IMG/VR virus record: IMGVR_UViG_3300013901_000013
Coordinates: 25,592 to 89,591 of that record
Reading direction: 5' to 3' (one strand)
From: a virus
Taxonomy: Duplodnaviria > Caudoviricetes
DNA: 64,000 nucleotides
The notes beneath the pieces were generated by a model. The model had not been told where the DNA came from. It saw only the letters and a list, made by a program, of their open reading frames with translations, and searched no databases. Every line of letters begins with the position of its first letter. The stretch's first letter is position 1. The position numbers were made by a program, and so were the translations under genes. Below are positions 59,752 to 64,000 of the stretch, piece by piece.

Positions 59752-61917
59752 ATGATTACAAAACAGACTAAAGAGTATGGTGACCTTTTTAGACAAGCAT
59801 CAGAAGACCTTAAAAAGTATAATACCAGCTATCAGTTAATCTCTGACCCAAATACTCAAGATAAAACACCAATTTTAAAAACAAATTATGTTGTAATTGA
59901 GTTAACTGCGGATGACTATGTTCCAAAAACATATTACATCCAAAAGAGTGAAGGTGTCTATGAGATTGATAATAGTCTTACTTTTACTCCTGGTCAGACA
60001 TATTATTATGATGCTGCTGAACAGATTACCAGTTTGGATGAGTATTTTTCATATATTGAAGACTTAAATCATATTAATCGTAAATATACCATTCTTCCAT
60101 TAGATGAAGAGCCTTTTGTAATTGATGCTAATACAAGAACTATTACAGTTCCTAAATCTTTTAAAGATAATGGTATTAGTGTTCAAGGTGACGAAGCCGC
60201 AGAAACAATCTACTTTAAGATTGATAGATTTTTTGATGCAACTGACCTTGATATGATGGATATTTATGTTCAGTGGCGTTCCTCTGAGCTTGATGAAGAA
60301 GGAAATCCAGTAGAAAAGGTATCTCCAATTTGGGTTAAAGACATTGAAAGTCAGCCAGGTTATATTATTTTTGGTTGGCCTATTAGTTCTAAAGCCACTA
60401 CTACTGATGGAAAGATTCAATTTTCTGTTCGTTTTTATAAATATGATAGAGAAGAAGAAAAACTTACTTACAGTTTATCTACATTAACATGTACAGCTGA
60501 GATTAAACCTTCTCTTAATTTTGACCTTCCGGGAATTATCAAAGATGGAAAAGAAAGAATTGATGATGCAACAAATTTAATCAACAATAGATTTGTTAAT
60601 TCTACTGGGATTACGGGCGGAACACCTGCCGCAGAGCCTTTATTTGTTAAAGACCTCGAGGGAAATTCATTTGTTGATGAAAAAGGTAACAATGTTAAAG
60701 AAGCATTCCTTGATAAGAAAACTGGAATCCGCGAAGATTCAGTTGAAGCCGTTTCTACAGATGGTGGCGCGATTACTTATACATGGAAGAAATATAATAT
60801 TGATACCAATGAAAGAATGCAAGGATTAGATTCTAATGGTCAGGATGTAATGCCTTATGAAACTATTCATGTAGTATCTACAGATAAAGAACGTAATCCT
60901 AATAAACTTTATTATATAGCTTCTACTATTTCTGGTGGCGCAACACCTGTATATACTTTATATAAAGGCGCAATTCCTCCGGAAGATGAAGAAACAATTA
61001 TTTATGAGAAAGTATCTCAAGGTACTATGAATTCTGTTGGTAAATATATTGTTACTTCTACAAACCGTGTTAAACAAAGTAGAAAAACCGCAGATAGTAC
61101 AATGGTTTATATTAAGAGACCATCTGAAGTATCTGTTGAAGAAAGTTTTAAAGACAAACTTAGTGCTATTATTCCTGCACAAGAAAAAGATTCTGACGTT
61201 CCAGGTAGTGTAATTCTGAGTGTTAAAGCTACTACTCAAGATACTGTAGACAAGAAACCTAATGATGTTACTTATCAATGGTATAAGAAACCTATTACTG
61301 CTAAACCAGATGATGAAACTGAATGGACAAAGATTACACCTGGTGGAATTGGAAACAGTTATACTGTAATGGGTTATGATGCTGTTGTAGGCGGAGTGCA
61401 TGAGGGTGATGGTTATTATAAAGCTATTGTAACTAACACACTTAATAAAGAAACTACTTCTACAGAATCTAAAGTATGTCGTGTTACACATACTGCTTCA
61501 ATTCCTGCTATTAAAGAAACTAGTGACCTTTCTAAGCCAGTAAGCTTGGCTAAAAGAATTGGTTTCTCTATTGAAGGAAGTATTCCAGTAGAAGCTGGTG
61601 AAGCAGGAAGAACAGATGATGATACCTTTGAATATCAATGGTTTATTTATAGATATAGTAATATCAATAAACTCCAAGAGGATAGAGAAAAAGCAGAGAA
61701 GCAAGAATATCTATTTGACAAAGACCTTGAGATTGTTGGAGCTACTAAAGCTAAGATTAAACTTGAGGATTATACAATTCCTGCGGCTGCGGATTCTGAC
61801 ACTTGGGCTGGCTTAACTATCTTCTGTCAAGTAACTAATGTATATAATGGAACTAAAGCAGTTCGTTGTTCTAGATTCTTTGATATCCTTCGTGATGCTG
61901 CGGCAGATGGTGAATGA
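59752..61917 (+). CDS. BppU-like baseplate/fibre-anchor protein with Ig-like domains
   Basis: FVIDANTRTI...ETIYFKIDRFFDATDL domain; VTYQWYK and FEYQWF Ig-like strands. Confidence 0.55.
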   Translation: MITKQTKEYGDLFRQASEDLKKYNTSYQLISDPNTQDKTPILKTNYVVIELTADDYVPKTYYIQKSEGVYEIDNSLTFTPGQTYYYDAAEQITSLDEYFSYIEDLNHINRKYTILPLDEEPFVIDANTRTITVPKSFKDNGISVQGDEAAETIYFKIDRFFDATDLDMMDIYVQWRSSELDEEGNPVEKVSPIWVKDIESQPGYIIFGWPISSKATTTDGKIQFSVRFYKYDREEEKLTYSLSTLTCTAEIKPSLNFDLPGIIKDGKERIDDATNLINNRFVNSTGITGGTPAAEPLFVKDLEGNSFVDEKGNNVKEAFLDKKTGIREDSVEAVSTDGGAITYTWKKYNIDTNERMQGLDSNGQDVMPYETIHVVSTDKERNPNKLYYIASTISGGATPVYTLYKGAIPPEDEETIIYEKVSQGTMNSVGKYIVTSTNRVKQSRKTADSTMVYIKRPSEVSVEESFKDKLSAIIPAQEKDSDVPGSVILSVKATTQDTVDKKPNDVTYQWYKKPITAKPDDETEWTKITPGGIGNSYTVMGYDAVVGGVHEGDGYYKAIVTNTLNKETTSTESKVCRVTHTASIPAIKETSDLSKPVSLAKRIGFSIEGSIPVEAGEAGRTDDDTFEYQWFIYRYSNINKLQEDREKAEKQEYLFDKDLEIVGATKAKIKLEDYTIPAAADSDTWAGLTIFCQVTNVYNGTKAVRCSRFFDILRDAAADGE

Positions 61918-61944
61918 TTAATTAAGTAAAGGAGGTCATTAAAA

Positions 61945-62535
61945 GTGATTACAACTCCACAAGAATACTATGACTTACTTTACAGAATTCAGGATGAAAA
62001 TAAACCAACTCTTGCGTTATTACTTCCTAGTGATGAAAAAATCTTTGAGATAGATTTGAACACGCGTAAGATTGATGCTCCTAAATATTTAAGCGTAGAA
62101 TTAGACCATAAGGCTGAGACAATTTATTTTAAAATCGCAAGATATTATGATAATATTGATTTGGCTAATATGACTTGTATAGTTCAATATATCAATGCTA
62201 AAGGAGAGGGCCGCATTTATGCGGTTCCTTTCTATGATGTTGAAACTTATGCTGATGAAAATATGATGCTTTTCCCTTGGTGTATAGATGGCGAAGCTAC
62301 CAAAACCGCAGGTGATGTACAATATTCCGTGCGGTTTTATGATATAGATGAATCAGGAACTTATTTACGCTATAATATTAGCACTCTTCCTTCAAAAAGT
62401 GAAGTATTGCATGGTATTGCACCAAAAACTGATATAGATAATTCCAATGATTATTTAGCTAGTTTTAAAGACCAGTTATTTGCAGAAATTAAGAAAATTT
62501 CTGAATATGATTTACATTGGGAAGACCACTTTTAA
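61945..62535 (+). CDS. BppU-like protein, paralogue of the domain in 59752-61917
   Basis: FEIDLNTRKI...ETIYFKIARYYDNIDL...VQYSVRFY. Confidence 0.55.
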   Translation: MITTPQEYYDLLYRIQDENKPTLALLLPSDEKIFEIDLNTRKIDAPKYLSVELDHKAETIYFKIARYYDNIDLANMTCIVQYINAKGEGRIYAVPFYDVETYADENMMLFPWCIDGEATKTAGDVQYSVRFYDIDESGTYLRYNISTLPSKSEVLHGIAPKTDIDNSNDYLASFKDQLFAEIKKISEYDLHWEDHF

Positions 62536-62542
62536 CTCATAT

Positions 62543-62581
62543 AGAGAGGGTGACCTGCGGGTTGCCCTCTCTTTTTTTTTT
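62543..62581 (+). terminator. Rho-independent terminator
   Basis: AGAGAGGGTGACC/GGTTGCCCTCTCT stem plus T run. Confidence 0.88.
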
Positions 62582-62672
62582 GGACAAAAATAATTAAATT
62601 GAAATTAGATATTTTTATATTTTCATAGAGATATAAAAAACTTAAATGGAAATGAGAAAAAGGAGGTTAGAC

Positions 62673-64000
62673 ATGGCAGATAATGAATTAGCTACTTCCC
62701 TTAAATTTTTAAGAGGCGATGAAGCAAAACTACCTGCGGATAAATCTAAAGGTCAAGTATATTTTGCCTATAAAAATGTCGGCACCGCTGAAAAACCTTC
62801 ATATACCGGTGCTATTTATATGGATGCTCCTATAGGTGGAGCTCAAACTAGAGTAAAAATGACCGCAAATGCGGATATAGCAAATTATGCTAATAAAGCT
62901 AATTTAGATACTAATGGTAATCCTATTTTAGGGTATTTAAGAACTGCCACTTTAGCAGGAAACGCGAATACTCAAACTTTTACTTTTTCAGCTCCTAGTG
63001 GTTCAAAATATAATTTAACATTAAATGGTGTAACTGATACACAAGCAGGTTTAGTTACTTCTGGAAATCAGACTTTTCCAGGATATAAAACCTTAAAATT
63101 AAGAGCTAAACCTAGCGCTACAGTTGGCTCAAATACTGCGAATACAAGTGGTTGGTATAAAGTAGCTACTTGTACAATGTCTGGTTGGGGTAATGCCAAT
63201 ATTTTATATTATATTAGAAATGGTTATAACCAAAAAGCAGCTGGTATTTTAAATTTTGAAATGAGAAGTAATAATACTAGTATTGCAAATTGGGCTTGTG
63301 ATTGGTTAGTTAGAAGTTCTGGTTTATCAGTAGGAACTATTCGTGTTGTTATAAGTGGAATGACTTGGACAATGTACGCTTACCAATCTATCGGACAATA
63401 TGGTCGTGTATCAATTACTGAGCTTTCTAACACAAATATTGATGGTGATAGTCCTTCTTGGAATATTACTTATTATAACTCATCTACTAAGGAGACTACT
63501 GAACCAAGTAGTGCAATTTCTTCAGTGGATGGCGGTCAAGTATATTTAGCAAATAAAGCTACTTTTGATGTTAACAGTCAGAATATCGTTAATACTTATA
63601 TTAAGTCATTAGCTTATTCAACCGATGGTAAACAATTAATAGCTACTAGAGGCTCGGGCGATACCTCTTTAAAACTTTCACTGCCAATAGCAAGTGCAAC
63701 TAAAGCTGGTATTGTTACTACTGATACTCAGACTTTTGGTGGAACAAAAACTTTTGCTACTATTAATACGACTAATTTAAATATAACTGGTGCTAGCGGT
63801 TTTAATTATAGTGGTATTGAAACTGTCACTGGAAATACTGCAAGACCAGTTTGGTTTGCTTATGATGGTGTAAATGGTAAACCAGTAATTAATACAAATT
63901 TTACTTATAACCCTTCTACTCAAACCCTTACAGTGGCAAATTTATTGGGAACCGCAGATAAAGCTAATAAAGATGCAAGTGGACAAGAAATTAGAGGAAC
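62673..64000 (+). CDS. Tail fibre/receptor-binding protein, 3'-truncated by the window (absent from the ORF track)
   Basis: AGGAGG RBS; open frame MADNELATSLKFLRGDEAKLP... to the window end; SGWYKVATC and AGIVTTDTQTFGGTKTF fibre motifs. Confidence 0.75.
   Translation, partial: MADNELATSLKFLRGDEAKLPADKSKGQVYFAYKNVGTAEKPSYTGAIYMDAPIGGAQTRVKMTANADIANYANKANLDTNGNPILGYLRTATLAGNANTQTFTFSAPSGSKYNLTLNGVTDTQAGLVTSGNQTFPGYKTLKLRAKPSATVGSNTANTSGWYKVATCTMSGWGNANILYYIRNGYNQKAAGILNFEMRSNNTSIANWACDWLVRSSGLSVGTIRVVISGMTWTMYAYQSIGQYGRVSITELSNTNIDGDSPSWNITYYNSSTKETTEPSSAISSVDGGQVYLANKATFDVNSQNIVNTYIKSLAYSTDGKQLIATRGSGDTSLKLSLPIASATKAGIVTTDTQTFGGTKTFATINTTNLNITGASGFNYSGIETVTGNTARPVWFAYDGVNGKPVINTNFTYNPSTQTLTVANLLGTADKANKDASGQEIRG

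Noticed and set aside
3758-64000. Numerous antisense and alternate-frame ORFs (for example 11986-12492, 13882-14361, 21137-21637, 60958-61491)
   Set aside because: Shadows of long sense genes with biased Ser/Phe/Ile composition and no RBS.
1-64000. Stop-codon reassignment or contractile tail sheath
   Set aside because: Long genes are intact in code 11 and TAA, TAG and TGA all end genes; no sheath-like gene was recognised near the tail tube.

Overview
The window is 64 kb of a large, AT-rich (about 30% GC by eye) tailed phage, probably a long-tailed siphovirus of a spore-forming Bacillota host. Evidence for the host: SigA-type promoters, GGAGG ribosome-binding sites, an AbrB-like regulator and a CW_7-like motif. 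Bases 1-600 are a regulatory region with divergent consensus promoters, a 4-copy operator-like motif, a promoter-driven pseudoknot-like RNA and a 25-bp direct repeat. Bases 594-3633 hold a leftward operon of small genes, including a Thg1-like tRNA-His guanylyltransferase, a SLOG-like protein and an AbrB-like regulator. From 3758 to the end is one rightward morphogenesis module. In order: HTH/Zn-finger protein, putative TerS, TerL split by an ORF-less 260-nt group I intron (6662-6921), Vsr-like nuclease, portal, protease/scaffold, head proteins, neck, tail tube, an inserted PD-(D/E)xK-like gene, chaperone, a 3159-aa tape measure, and a very large tail-tip/fibre cluster. That cluster includes a ~2625-aa protein with LamG-like, CotH-kinase-like, LRR, InlB-B-like and BspA-like parts. 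Product calls come from motif recognition and gene order only; no database search was run. No tRNA, rRNA, CRISPR array, integrase, lysis genes or tail sheath were recognised.
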